A stretch of DNA of 54,029 nt, counting the filler, from Diploschistes diacapsis (lineage: Eukaryota): NCBI GenBank assembly GCA_023645945.1. It is 4 parts of 4 records of this genome, joined end to end, with 100 filler letters (N's around TTAATTAATTAA, not from the genome) between each part and the next. Parts side by side here need not be neighbours in the genome. Positions count along the whole stretch, not along the records: positions 40,641 to 54,029 come from JALAIB010000664.1; 3 more parts are not named here. One strand, written 5' to 3'. Under the pieces are notes generated by a model. That model was not told the origin of the DNA, did not search any database, and saw only the letters and a list, made by a program, of their open reading frames with translations. Positions 53,603 through 54,029 of this stretch are shown one piece after another (position 1 is the stretch's first letter; each line of letters starts with the position of its first letter). The translations under genes and the position numbers were made by a program.

Positions 53603-54029
53603 ATGAAGGTACCATCCCCTTCCCCTCTCTCATACGCCTGTCTCCTCTCCCTGTGTGACTCCCTTCTTCTTTCCCTCCTCATCCTTGCTCCACCTCTCCA
53701 CATGTTCATCTCGCCCACCTTTCCTTTTCCCCTCCTCCCTCCTCCATCCTCTCGCCATATCCATCTCCCCTCCCTCCACTCCATACCCTTCACGCTTCCC
53801 AAACCGCATCTCGAACCACCCATCCCGCTCCCAAACCCTTTATCTCAATGCAGACCACTATATCACACAGCAAGCTTGAAAAGCTAATGTACCACGCAGA
53901 TCCTAGAGCCCCAATCAGCCCTCCTAACAAACTACGAGGTCTACGCGCATCTAACCGATAATCGGCGGCGGCGGCAACAGCGGCCAAGCGATGAGGCTGA
54001 GGGGGAAAGGGATGGGAGAGAAGGGAGGG
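53603..54029 (+). CDS. RPC17: RNA polymerase III subunit C17 (Rpc17/RPC9), 5' part
   Basis: ATG AAG, intron 53609-53899 (GTACCA...GCTAAT..CAG), then ILEPQSALLTNYEVYAHL, matching the Rpc17 N-terminus. Not in the ORF track. Confidence 0.8.

Overview
Filamentous-ascomycete DNA (spliceosomal introns, histone H3/H4 pair, RIP damage). The window is almost certainly four unlinked contigs of descending length (about 13,461, 13,453, 13,426 and 13,389 bp) joined by N44-TTAATTAATTAA-N44 artificial spacers, so nothing should be inferred across the gaps. Contig 1 (1-13461) is a sesquiterpene cluster in which all six genes are destroyed by RIP-type transitions: an aristolochene-synthase-like cyclase, three P450s, a Tri101-type acetyltransferase and a BBE-like FAD oxidase. 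Contig 2 (13562-27014) is accessory. It carries an intact, intronless, bacterial-style two-gene operon (MazG-like NTP pyrophosphohydrolase overlapping a GIY-YIG nuclease/DUF2075 SF1 helicase) between fungal sequences (MFS pseudogene, C2H2 gene). Its sequence features fit expression as a leaky-scanning bicistron, and it is the best candidate for a novel system. Contig 3 holds GCV2, PFK, an NAD kinase, RRP46 and a hAT-type MITE with a perfect 8-bp TSD. Contig 4 holds RPN4, histones H4/H3, an Mpv17/PMP22 gene and the 5' end of RPC17. All family assignments are by motif recognition; no database searches were run.
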